Notes: generated by a model from the sequence alone, not told the origin. A DNA stretch of 14,672 bases from a virus (IMGVR_UViG_3300021166_000052:261424-276095); one strand, 5' to 3'. Positions 1 to 7,935 are shown, counted from the stretch's first letter. A program made the numbers and translations.

Positions 1-17
1 TTTCCAGAATTATTTAT

Positions 18-40
18 ATAATATTGTAAAGCAATATTAT
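18..40. promoter_or_regulatory. 9-5-9 inverted repeat overlapping a TATAAT -10 box; possible operator
   Basis: ATAATATTG(18-26)-TAAAG-CAATATTAT(32-40); TATAAT at 17-22; any -35 would lie outside the window; very AT-rich, so chance is possible. Confidence 0.3.
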
Positions 41-49
41 TTAGAACAC

Positions 50-250
50 ATGGATTATGAGTTGTATATAACACGGGCAATCGAAATGCAGAATGAACGG
101 GGTATCGAAAATGCTTCTCGTTATTTATACTGTATTGTGTCAGAACTTACTGGATATGATTATGAATCTAGTAAATTGTTGTTATATCGATATAAAAAAT
201 CGGGGTTGATTGAATGTGATTCTAATTGTTATTTTGGTACATTGATATAA
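50..250 (+). CDS. Hypothetical phage protein (66 aa)
   Basis: ORF track; ATG start; stop overlaps the next ATG (TAATG). Confidence 0.65.
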   Translation: MDYELYITRAIEMQNERGIENASRYLYCIVSELTGYDYESSKLLLYRYKKSGLIECDSNCYFGTLI

Positions 251-405
251 TGTATATAATATATCCTTCACAGCGTTTATTATATGCCCGAAAAAAATGT
301 ATGTGGACAGGTTCGTGGCCATTATCATTCAATTGGATAATGTATAGGAACGCAGAAATTATTAAAGCAAAATATAATATAATATTATATACACCGGAGC
401 GTTAG
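250..405 (+). CDS. Small hypothetical protein (51 aa, MYIIYPSQRLLYARKKCMWTGSWPLSFNWIMYRNAEIIKAKYNIILYTPER), below ORF-track cutoff
   Basis: Translated by hand; TAATG coupling to the upstream stop; fills the 250-410 gap; TAG followed directly by TAA. Confidence 0.5.
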   Translation: MYIIYPSQRLLYARKKCMWTGSWPLSFNWIMYRNAEIIKAKYNIILYTPER

Positions 406-409
406 TAAT

Positions 410-745
410 ATGATAGAATTGACACCAAACCAATTAGAATATTATGATTGGGATGATATTGAAATGTTTATATGTCAACAATTAAATATCCCAGTTGATA
501 AATTTAGAGATTATCATACAATTGTGGGTGGAGATTATAAAGATTGGTGGCATGTATGGGTTTCTATGAACGATGGTATTGGTAATGGGGTATATGATCG
601 TTTATGGTTTGATGTAGGCGATAGTTTTATTACAAATTTAGTAAACGAGTATGGGGATTGGGTTTTACCTATATTTTCTATATTACAAGAATTACAAAAG
701 GCTACCGGAAATAAAGAGTATATTCATATTCATTATAGTTGGTAA
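410..745 (+). CDS. Hypothetical phage protein, acidic and Trp-rich (111 aa)
   Basis: ORF track; GGAG at about 396-399 upstream. Confidence 0.8.
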   Translation: MIELTPNQLEYYDWDDIEMFICQQLNIPVDKFRDYHTIVGGDYKDWWHVWVSMNDGIGNGVYDRLWFDVGDSFITNLVNEYGDWVLPIFSILQELQKATGNKEYIHIHYSW

Positions 746-772
746 TAATATATTATATAGGAAATTAAAAAA

Positions 773-1222
773 ATGGAAGCATGTGTATACGTTGACGGAC
801 AGGTTTTAAATTATTCATATTGTGATGCAGCAGGTAATGTTAGATCTGGTGGTTTTAGGGGAGACAATTGGTTTGTTAGGGATGATACCTGTATTAAATG
901 GGGACAACTCGCATATATAACATTTAATGTGGGAGATTTACTTAAAACCCGCAACGGATCGGTTGTTCAAGTTGCTGTTGATAATTATCCTTATACCTAT
1001 AAAGGCCCTAAAATCTCCCAGTTTTATATTATACAGGTTGGTAATGATATTACCAGTGATAATATAGGAAATAGAATATATTACGACTCTCAACTTTTCC
1101 ATCGGCCCGGCAACCATTATGAATATGATAGTGGGTGGGATATTATTGGTATATTTAATGGTAAATTGAAAAGTAGATGTCCCCATTGTGGTGAATATGT
1201 AGATGCATCTGAATTAACTTAA
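773..1222 (+). CDS. Hypothetical protein with C-terminal CPHC Zn-ribbon-like motif (149 aa)
   Basis: AGGA SD at 759-762; VGDLLKTRNG segment; CPHCG near the C-terminus. Confidence 0.85.
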   Translation: MEACVYVDGQVLNYSYCDAAGNVRSGGFRGDNWFVRDDTCIKWGQLAYITFNVGDLLKTRNGSVVQVAVDNYPYTYKGPKISQFYIIQVGNDITSDNIGNRIYYDSQLFHRPGNHYEYDSGWDIIGIFNGKLKSRCPHCGEYVDASELT

Positions 1223-1224
1223 TT

Positions 1225-1419
1225 ATGGGTGTACGTATTATAGATAATGGTTGGGCTGCAACTCCAACCTGTAATGAATGTGGTATCGCGTTATGTTGGG
1301 ATCTATCAATTGTTGAATATGAAGAAGATAAAGACTTTTGGGATGATTGGGTTTGTGAAGTTTGTAATGGCGGCAAACCAATGAGCTTGATTCAATATAA
1401 ACGGGATAAAAAAAAATGA
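1225..1419 (+). CDS. Small putative Zn-finger protein (CNEC...CEVC, 64 aa)
   Basis: Two CxxC pairs; ATGA overlap with the next gene. Confidence 0.75.
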   Translation: MGVRIIDNGWAATPTCNECGIALCWDLSIVEYEEDKDFWDDWVCEVCNGGKPMSLIQYKRDKKK

Positions 1420-1700
1420 AATTTCTAAAATATTATCACAAATGGGCCAGTGGTTACGATAAACCGGGATATAAAATAATTCATGATTCTGATCCTTTAA
1501 TGGTTGAAGAAATGGTACATGAATTAAATGATGAAAATGCATGGAGTGATAAATATCGAGGGTTAAATTATGAAGTCATTGACAACCCACCAAAAACATG
1601 GTTAATTGAAAAAATTAACTCAATTGAAAGTTCTATTGTATATCAAAATAAATTACTTATAGAATTAAATAAATTGGTTAACAAAAACAATGAAGATTGA
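1416..1700 (+). CDS. Hypothetical protein (94 aa)
   Basis: ORF track; ATGA coupling. Confidence 0.8.
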   Translation: MKFLKYYHKWASGYDKPGYKIIHDSDPLMVEEMVHELNDENAWSDKYRGLNYEVIDNPPKTWLIEKINSIESSIVYQNKLLIELNKLVNKNNED

Positions 1701-1726
1701 AATAATATATTCTAGGAAATTATTTG

Positions 1727-1963
1727 ATGCCAATCAGAACTAAAGAAGATGGTACTTTGAGTTATGAATTTGATTTGTTCATGAATCCATGTCCCCAATG
1801 TTTTTCAACTAATATTACACTTTTTGAAAATGGAGGTAAAAAGACTACCAAAGGTGGTGGTATTTGTAATAATTGTTTTTTTAAAGTTGAAATTGAAGGT
1901 ATACCCGGCGTTCCGAGTATGATGATGTTGTTAGATGTTTGGAATGCTGCCACATTAAAATGA
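1727..1963 (+). CDS. Lar-family (restriction alleviation)-like Zn-ribbon protein
   Basis: AGGA at 1714-1717 favours ATG 1727; NPCPQC...ICNNC...LDVWN matches the recalled Lar pattern PCPFCG...CxxC...AWN. Confidence 0.55.
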   Translation: MPIRTKEDGTLSYEFDLFMNPCPQCFSTNITLFENGGKKTTKGGGICNNCFFKVEIEGIPGVPSMMMLLDVWNAATLK

Positions 1964-1990
1964 AAATTTAAAAGAGTATAAGGAAATATT

Positions 1991-2251
1991 ATGGAACCAG
2001 TAACTATTGGTATTTTGATTGCAATTGGTATTGTTATTATTATGGGGGTATGTTGGGTGTCGGGTTTTGAAAATCGTAGACGTAATAAAATACAAAACGA
2101 TTGTACATCAAGACCCAATACAAGATCATATAGTAAATCATCTAATCGATATAACAATGATTCTGATGTTATATTTTTTAGTAGTGATAGTGACTATAGT
2201 GGTGGCGGTGACAGTGGTGGTGGATGTGACGGTGGAAGTTGTGGGGATTAA
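1991..2251 (+). CDS. Membrane-anchored protein with Ser/Gly/Asp/Cys low-complexity tail (86 aa)
   Basis: AAGGA SD; hydrophobic N-terminus VTIGILIAIGIVIIMGVCWV; tail DSDYSGGGDSGGGCDGGSCGD. Confidence 0.8.
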   Translation: MEPVTIGILIAIGIVIIMGVCWVSGFENRRRNKIQNDCTSRPNTRSYSKSSNRYNNDSDVIFFSSDSDYSGGGDSGGGCDGGSCGD

Positions 2252-2281
2252 TTTTTTTTAAAACTAAAAAGGGGTTCATAT

Positions 2282-2587
2282 ATGTTAAAACCACAAAATG
2301 TTAGTTGGAATTCTGATATTAATAAAATTATTCCCAAATGGAACAATATCCCGGAAGAATTTAAGAATATGAATAATACTAACAAATGGACGGATATTGT
2401 ATCAAAATGGTTTTTCCAAGGATTACCAAGAGATACCAAATTTATTCCTAAACACGATATCGATGCAAAACAGGCATTGGTTCATGTATCTCATATTTTA
2501 CAATCATTTGAACCGAAACATGAACATAAAACCGCCGCTTGCGCCTATCTTTTGTATTTATGGTTCGATGATATTATTATCCATTGA
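2282..2587 (+). CDS. Conserved-looking phage hypothetical protein (101 aa)
   Basis: AAGGGG SD; motifs IPEEFK, KWFFQGL and SFEPKHEHK..AYLL.LWF resemble phage hypotheticals I recall; function unknown. Confidence 0.85.
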   Translation: MLKPQNVSWNSDINKIIPKWNNIPEEFKNMNNTNKWTDIVSKWFFQGLPRDTKFIPKHDIDAKQALVHVSHILQSFEPKHEHKTAACAYLLYLWFDDIIIH

Positions 2588-2613
2588 CATTTATTATATC
2601 TATTGTATAGTAT
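2584..2613 (+). promoter_or_regulatory. Sigma70-type promoter
   Basis: TTGACA 2584-2589; TATAGT 2606-2611 (16-nt spacer) or TAGTAT 2608-2613 (18-nt spacer); intergenic and upstream of a GGAGG SD. Confidence 0.7.
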
Positions 2614-2642
2614 GAAATATCAACCCATTGGAGGATATTATC

Positions 2643-3065
2643 ATGGATCGTAAAAAATTTGTCTGTAATATCATTATACCGCATGAACATTTTGTTGGGG
2701 CCGATAAAATGCAGGTGTTTGATCGTTGCTTGGAAATGGTAATGGTGTATCGTCGCCATATGCTCAAATCGGCCTTATCATATGTGTTGGATCTTGAAAT
2801 TTCAGATGATGATTTGAATAATGTTGTCATCTCTGGTTTTAAAAATTTACTCAATGATAATAAAGTAATTTATAATCGTGAATGTGATGCGGTATACATC
2901 GAAGACACTCATATTATAACATTTTATGAGCCTATTCAAAATGATGTCCGGTTAATGGAAAATATATTATCAATTGACCTTTACTATTCATCGGATATGG
3001 ATTATATTGATTCGATTAATGATCAATATATCCCTAAAGAAAATGCTGAACAATATTATAATTGA
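2643..3065 (+). CDS. Hypothetical protein (140 aa)
   Basis: GGAGG at 2630-2634 favours ATG 2643 over the TTG 2628 used in the track. Confidence 0.8.
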   Translation: MDRKKFVCNIIIPHEHFVGADKMQVFDRCLEMVMVYRRHMLKSALSYVLDLEISDDDLNNVVISGFKNLLNDNKVIYNRECDAVYIEDTHIITFYEPIQNDVRLMENILSIDLYYSSDMDYIDSINDQYIPKENAEQYYN

Positions 3066-3253
3066 TGATGATACGTTACTATAAAAGCCTTTTTATATTA
3101 TTCATGATACTACCATATTTAATGAGTTGTACCCCCCGTGATGCGTCTGAAACGTGTATTAAGGGGGTGGTGTATCATCGGAGCCATAGACATTTAGCGG
3201 TTGCGTTTAAACCCGATGGCTCCATAAATACCTGTAATCCTAACTATAAATAA
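3065..3253 (+). CDS. Putative small lipoprotein
   Basis: TGATG overlap; basic N-terminus, hydrophobic stretch, lipobox-like LMSC; two further Cys (CIKGVVY...DGSINTC). Confidence 0.65.
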   Translation: MMIRYYKSLFILFMILPYLMSCTPRDASETCIKGVVYHRSHRHLAVAFKPDGSINTCNPNYK

Positions 3254-3261
3254 ATAATATT

Positions 3262-3900
3262 ATGCTTATATCTGCGGTGAGTGATTTATTAGCTCTATTA
3301 GAAAAACAGGAAGAAAATTCTAATGGAAATTTATTTCATCCTACTACAATTTCATCATGTAGAACGATGGATATAATTGAACTTGAACGGATTTTAACAA
3401 TCATGAAATCTGAAGTCAATAAATCTACTCCATTAATGAATACGATGCATTTGGTATTAGGAGATTGGTCTAATGATGGACATGGTAAATATGAAAAAGT
3501 AATATGTCGCGCTAATAAAACAATTGATGAAGTGCGCGATGCTTATAAAGCGTCTTGTAAATTAATGGGATTTTCTTTTAATCATAATAATGATTACACT
3601 GAAGTAAAAAGATCCTATACAATTGCTAGTAAATATCAAGTATGTACTGAATATGAAAATAATACAATATCAACTAAGGTAGTTAATCTTTTAATTCAAT
3701 TCGAGTGTCCGCTCGTTGATCAAATTAAAGAAGCTCACCGATATCTCGACGTGGAATTGTTTACAGATTTGTGGTGGTGGTTTGTGGGAGTATCATTACC
3801 CGGCTTGATATATGAAAAAGTTGAGGGTGATGTCCCTGTTATTAATGGATTTTGGAATAACTCACTCAATTGTCAATTTGGTTATGGATTATATAATTAA
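3262..3900 (+). CDS. Phage hypothetical protein (212 aa)
   Basis: ORF track; LGDWSNDGHG...AYKASC segment looks conserved; function unknown. Confidence 0.85.
   Translation: MLISAVSDLLALLEKQEENSNGNLFHPTTISSCRTMDIIELERILTIMKSEVNKSTPLMNTMHLVLGDWSNDGHGKYEKVICRANKTIDEVRDAYKASCKLMGFSFNHNNDYTEVKRSYTIASKYQVCTEYENNTISTKVVNLLIQFECPLVDQIKEAHRYLDVELFTDLWWWFVGVSLPGLIYEKVEGDVPVINGFWNNSLNCQFGYGLYN
3870..3897 (+). promoter_or_regulatory. Sigma70-type promoter
   Basis: TTGTCA 3870-3875, 16-nt spacer, TATAAT 3892-3897; GAGG SD at 3918-3921 downstream. Confidence 0.55.
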
Positions 3901-3925
3901 TCAACCCATTATTTAATGAGGCGAT

Positions 3926-4225
3926 ATGTTAACTGGTAAAACTTGTACAACTAAAAAAGATATCCCCGTAGAAGATCATTTTGTTATTCTTGAATTCTAT
4001 TCAATTCATATCCCCGGTGATGAACGTAGTAGAACATGCCCCGGTCATGGATACCCCGAAAGTATAGAACGAGCAGTGCGTTATATTGCATTTACTGATC
4101 AACTTGAATGGGAGAATGATATTAAACGAAGAATGCAACAGGGATATAGCAGTCCTGAAAAATTTATACCACTAAAAGTGAGTGGTGTAACTATTAAAAC
4201 AACTTTTGATATAAAGGTGAGTTAA
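3926..4225 (+). CDS. Phage hypothetical protein (99 aa)
   Basis: GAGG SD; distinctive IPGDERSRTCPGHGYP motif; function unknown. Confidence 0.85.
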   Translation: MLTGKTCTTKKDIPVEDHFVILEFYSIHIPGDERSRTCPGHGYPESIERAVRYIAFTDQLEWENDIKRRMQQGYSSPEKFIPLKVSGVTIKTTFDIKVS

Positions 4226-4226
4226 T

Positions 4227-4508
4227 ATGTCAACCGCTGCATTTATGATTACTGAACAATATCTTAAAAAAGAAGAATTGGTTCGTGTAGCTAAAGCAAT
4301 TTTAAGATCCCAAGATATTCGTGAAGAATCTTGGATACCTACTGAAACTAATTATAAACTAAATGAACAGGAAGCATCTGTACAGGCGGTTGATGAATTT
4401 AAATTGGATAATATTTGGAAATATGTAATTACTGAATGGAATATGTTTTATTGGAATGATGTACAAGGCTGGGCTGAAGCTATAATCGAAGCACTTGATA
4501 ATAAATGA
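4227..4508 (+). CDS. Hypothetical protein (93 aa)
   Basis: AAGGTGA SD; ATGA overlap with the next gene. Confidence 0.8.
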   Translation: MSTAAFMITEQYLKKEELVRVAKAILRSQDIREESWIPTETNYKLNEQEASVQAVDEFKLDNIWKYVITEWNMFYWNDVQGWAEAIIEALDNK

Positions 4509-4852
4509 TGTCTGAAATTTATTTATTTATAATGGGATATACTTTATGTTCGGTCATTTTACGACTAGAAGGAAAAGTTCCCAATGATGATATCATTTAT
4601 CCTATCCTTATATTTATTGTAGCAGTTATGGGTGTAATTATCAATAAATTTTATTATACAACGGGGACATTAATGGGTACTATGGTCGGTTCTAAAACAT
4701 ATTTTCAATGTGATACTTGTAAAGAAACCAGCGTTCCTTATTATGATCAAATTGAAGCTAGAGAAGCTGCTTATAAGGCCGGTTGGTTCAAGAATAGTAA
4801 TACTGGTAAAACATATTGTCCCAAATGTAGGAAGGGATTAAATGAAATATGA
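4505..4852 (+). CDS. Two-TM membrane protein with C-terminal Zn ribbon (CDTC...CPKC)
   Basis: Two hydrophobic segments followed by two CxxC pairs. Confidence 0.75.
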   Translation: MMSEIYLFIMGYTLCSVILRLEGKVPNDDIIYPILIFIVAVMGVIINKFYYTTGTLMGTMVGSKTYFQCDTCKETSVPYYDQIEAREAAYKAGWFKNSNTGKTYCPKCRKGLNEI

Positions 4853-5108
4853 TTATAATGTAATTCATCAAGATGAATGTATTGATAATGATTTCATTGA
4901 AATAAATAGAATTCTTGAACGGGGTGATATAGTTAAAATAAAAGGAACAAAATATATCGTCCAAAGAGCAGCAAGAATAAATAATAATCTATACGTAACT
5001 AGATTAAAAGTAAAAAAATCTGATATCATTAGAGATAAACTTATTAACACCTTTGAGAACGCTATTAAAAAGCTAAAGAAGGGTGATAATAGAGTAAAAT
5101 ATAGTTAA
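4842..5108 (+). CDS. Basic hypothetical protein (88 aa)
   Basis: AGGAAGGG SD; overlaps the upstream stop. Confidence 0.75.
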   Translation: MKYDYNVIHQDECIDNDFIEINRILERGDIVKIKGTKYIVQRAARINNNLYVTRLKVKKSDIIRDKLINTFENAIKKLKKGDNRVKYS

Positions 5109-5109
5109 C

Positions 5110-5184
5110 ATGTTCAATATCAATGGATTTTTCCTAAGAATAAAAAAGAATACTAAAGTAACAGCTAATAAGGACTCGGATTAA
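5110..5184 (+). CDS. Possible microprotein (24 aa, MFNINGFFLRIKKNTKVTANKDSD)
   Basis: Translated by hand; starts 1 nt after the upstream stop and its TAA abuts ATG 5185; weak SD. Confidence 0.3.
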   Translation: MFNINGFFLRIKKNTKVTANKDSD

Positions 5185-5646
5185 ATGAAAAGTGTTGCAG
5201 AGTTATATTCTGAAAAAATGGACCATATGAAGACCGTTTTAGAGCAACGGCGATTGAGTAAAGAAGAGGCTCTAATGCAAAGAATGTGTCAAGATTTTGA
5301 CAATGAATTAAATATTTTCATAACAGAATTTGAAAAGAATGTATTTTCACTTAAATCTACTAATGAAGATGTAGCCAATTATATAATTTCTGATAAATTT
5401 ATTGTAACTCATAAGTATTTCTTACAGATATCATTTAGAGATGTTAAAGATGCAGTAATATTTGCACCCGGAAAGACATCTATTTATACCAGTGATAAAT
5501 TCAATCAATGGAAAGATTTATTAGAAAATAAATTTAAAATCACATTAAATTTTAATGAGTATTCAACTACTGAAATCACATCAGGTGATGGTGACTATAG
5601 TATTGATTATCATGGAATTGCAGTAAATATTATTATAAATAAATAA
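5185..5646 (+). CDS. Hypothetical protein (153 aa)
   Basis: AAGGA at 5170-5174; ORF track. Confidence 0.85.
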   Translation: MKSVAELYSEKMDHMKTVLEQRRLSKEEALMQRMCQDFDNELNIFITEFEKNVFSLKSTNEDVANYIISDKFIVTHKYFLQISFRDVKDAVIFAPGKTSIYTSDKFNQWKDLLENKFKITLNFNEYSTTEITSGDGDYSIDYHGIAVNIIINK

Positions 5647-5657
5647 GGAAATATACA

Positions 5658-6266
5658 ATGAAAGTAAATTATATTATTGATGGTTTAAAAAATGTCGTAT
5701 TTAATAATGAATTTCCTCGTTTAGATGAACATGTTAAATCGATGGCTGAAGCTATAGTTGATGCCGATAAATTAGAATTTCATATAACCAATGAAGTTGT
5801 ATTATCAGAATGTGGATACAGTCCGTTAATTAGCAGTATATGTTATTATGAAATTTATTTAGATAAAAATCCAGCGGTCGATCCAATTTATACATTGTTG
5901 TATCAACCAGAAGATGACATAACAATCATTAATATGATTCTACCAAATCATGACAACGATTCATTTTTTACACTATCTTGTTATATAATGGTAGCTCCAG
6001 ATCCTGATGATGATAATTTATATATATATCAAGTAATTGATCTTACTCAAGATCCTGATGATGTAGCAACACATATTTATGAAGATCATCGTATGATGAA
6101 TACTATTATAAAAATAATGGATATCGTTATGCGGATCAATAAAAAAATTAATAGTGGTCCCGTTGATGTTCGGCAAGTTACTCCAAAACCAGAAGCGGAC
6201 ATTGAGTGGGTTGCAGCGGGTCATACTGCACTTTGTCCATACCAATCTATAAACATTGAATTATAA
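5658..6266 (+). CDS. Acidic hypothetical protein (202 aa)
   Basis: TAAGGA SD; ORF track. Confidence 0.85.
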   Translation: MKVNYIIDGLKNVVFNNEFPRLDEHVKSMAEAIVDADKLEFHITNEVVLSECGYSPLISSICYYEIYLDKNPAVDPIYTLLYQPEDDITIINMILPNHDNDSFFTLSCYIMVAPDPDDDNLYIYQVIDLTQDPDDVATHIYEDHRMMNTIIKIMDIVMRINKKINSGPVDVRQVTPKPEADIEWVAAGHTALCPYQSINIEL

Positions 6267-6279
6267 TAGGAACATTCAC

Positions 6280-6516
6280 ATGAAATGCACTAGCCCCCTT
6301 CTTTTACCTGTTAATTGTTTTATTAATGATGTAAATTGTACAATGCATATTAACGTACACCATATTGTTGGTATTTGTGGAGATCCTACCCAACCGGGAG
6401 TAACTTTACTATATGTAATAGGACAAGAGATGCCTTTTATTTTAATTGGCACCACACCAGAAGTACTAATTGAAAGACTTAATAATATGTTTAGTACTAA
6501 CCAAACGTTTTATTAA
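6280..6516 (+). CDS. Small beta-rich protein, FlbD-like pattern (78 aa)
   Basis: AGGA at 6268-6271 favours ATG 6280; MHINVHHIVGI...VTLLYV...PFILI pattern. Confidence 0.6.
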   Translation: MKCTSPLLLPVNCFINDVNCTMHINVHHIVGICGDPTQPGVTLLYVIGQEMPFILIGTTPEVLIERLNNMFSTNQTFY

Positions 6517-6546
6517 TATTAACCCCTTTTACGTAATAATTAGGCT

Positions 6547-6747
6547 ATGATAATTAATGGAAAAACCGCCATTCAACGTTTAAAGGAATGGGAAACGAAA
6601 GAACGTGATAATGGGTTGATTGATGTTAAAATTACCATTGGTGATTTAAATACAACCAATGAAGACGCTGCTCAATCTATTTTAAATATGATCGAAGCTG
6701 AACAGCGTGGTGATTATATTACAATCGCATCTTTTAATAATAATTAA
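6547..6747 (+). CDS. Hypothetical protein (66 aa)
   Basis: ORF track; TAGG upstream. Confidence 0.75.
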   Translation: MIINGKTAIQRLKEWETKERDNGLIDVKITIGDLNTTNEDAAQSILNMIEAEQRGDYITIASFNNN

Positions 6748-6761
6748 CATTTGGTGATATA

Positions 6762-6962
6762 ATGTGGATTTTAATTGTATTTTTCGCTGTTGGAACCGGT
6801 GGTTATCAGCATGGTATGGCTGTTAATTTTCAAGAATTTAATACTAAAGCAACATGTGAAGCAGCCATTAAATCAATCAATGATAAAACTGACCGCAATG
6901 CACCGTGGCCGTCATCCGATACAATTGTTAAAAATTTTGCAGGATATTGTGTTGAAAAGTGA
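6762..6962 (+). CDS. Small exported/membrane protein with two Cys (66 aa)
   Basis: Hydrophobic N-terminus MWILIVFFAVG; QEF...TCEAA...YCVEK. Confidence 0.75.
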   Translation: MWILIVFFAVGTGGYQHGMAVNFQEFNTKATCEAAIKSINDKTDRNAPWPSSDTIVKNFAGYCVEK

Positions 6963-6970
6963 GGGATTGT

Positions 6971-7144
6971 ATGGAACGGGATATTGTGTTGAATATTGAT
7001 AGGTTGAGTTGTATAGTAAGTGAAATGAAACGTATAATCGACTCAAACGAATTCAGTCATGTTAAAATAAATTTTACTGACACTGAATGTAAAATCACAC
7101 CTATCACAGAAACTGTAAAAGTTGTAATTTCATCTCCCTTATGA
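6971..7144 (+). CDS. Hypothetical protein (57 aa)
   Basis: GAGGG at 6961-6965 favours ATG 6971; GTG 6959 is the alternative start. Confidence 0.65.
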   Translation: MERDIVLNIDRLSCIVSEMKRIIDSNEFSHVKINFTDTECKITPITETVKVVISSPL

Positions 7145-7320
7145 AAATTCATAAATCGGGGCCGCAAACTGTCACAGCCTATATTGGTCTGGGGCAATAT
7201 TCTACAATGAAAGCGCCCCTATGTGTTGGTGCCAAAGCAGTATATAATGGTAAATCATATCATACCCATCGACTTTGGAAATATGTTACCTGTGAACATT
7301 GTTTAAAGAAAAAAAAATGA
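7141..7320 (+). CDS. Small His/Cys Zn-finger-like protein (59 aa, MKIHKSG...PLCVGA...VTCEHCLKKKK), below ORF-track cutoff
   Basis: Translated by hand; ATGA overlaps at both ends; IH...LC...VTCxxCL arrangement. Confidence 0.75.
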   Translation: MKIHKSGPQTVTAYIGLGQYSTMKAPLCVGAKAVYNGKSYHTHRLWKYVTCEHCLKKKK

Positions 7321-7556
7321 ATAAACATTTATTAAAATTAAAGTCTGCAATTGAATTACTTGATCCTACATTTGATTGGACAGATTTTAATAATTATGAA
7401 ACCAGAAAAAGATTACAGTATTTAACATATACTTTACAAGAAACTGGTAAAATGTTATTCGGTTATAGTTGGGAGTTACGTATAAATGGTATATTCTGCT
7501 CCCAATTATATGAAGATGGTTTAACAATCTATAATTATGTAAAGGAAAATAAATGA
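7317..7556 (+). CDS. Truncated Panacea/SocA (DUF4065)/YwgA-like domain protein (79 aa)
   Basis: ATGA overlap puts the start at 7317; RKRLQYLTYTLQ..G..LFGYSW...GIFCSQL.ED resembles recalled RKKLQKLVYLLQ..G...Y.F....GPYS..L. Confidence 0.5.
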   Translation: MNKHLLKLKSAIELLDPTFDWTDFNNYETRKRLQYLTYTLQETGKMLFGYSWELRINGIFCSQLYEDGLTIYNYVKENK

Positions 7557-7918
7557 AAAAGCCTTATGATGAAAACCATTATTGTGATGTCCCAGTTAAT
7601 GATGATGATATTGATGGAATTTATAAATATTTAGCATGGCATATGAATAAAGAAGGAATGAGTAGCAATTGTTTTCATTATTTGGAAGTATTAAAAAAGA
7701 AAGCAGAGCATAAAGAACATTATACGTTTGAAAATTTTCCCAAAGATACCACCTGTGTCATATGTGGTACAAATGAAAATACTGAAATGTTTTTAATGGG
7801 AATGGATGGTACACAAAATGGTGATGTTATTGAAGCCAGACCGACACACCTTAAATGTTTACTATCCCATGATTATCGATATAATAATAAAATGGGTATC
7901 ATTTACCGATTTATTTAA
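7553..7918 (+). CDS. Hypothetical protein with CVIC...HLKC putative Zn site (121 aa)
   Basis: ATGA coupling; ORF track. Confidence 0.8.
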   Translation: MKKPYDENHYCDVPVNDDDIDGIYKYLAWHMNKEGMSSNCFHYLEVLKKKAEHKEHYTFENFPKDTTCVICGTNENTEMFLMGMDGTQNGDVIEARPTHLKCLLSHDYRYNNKMGIIYRFI

Positions 7919-7935
7919 TAATATAAGGAATTATT

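Noticed and set aside
377-756. All-AT palindromes ATATAATATTATAT (377-390) and ATAATATATTAT (745-756)
   Set aside because: Low-complexity AT sequence; more simply AT-rich translation enhancers or chance
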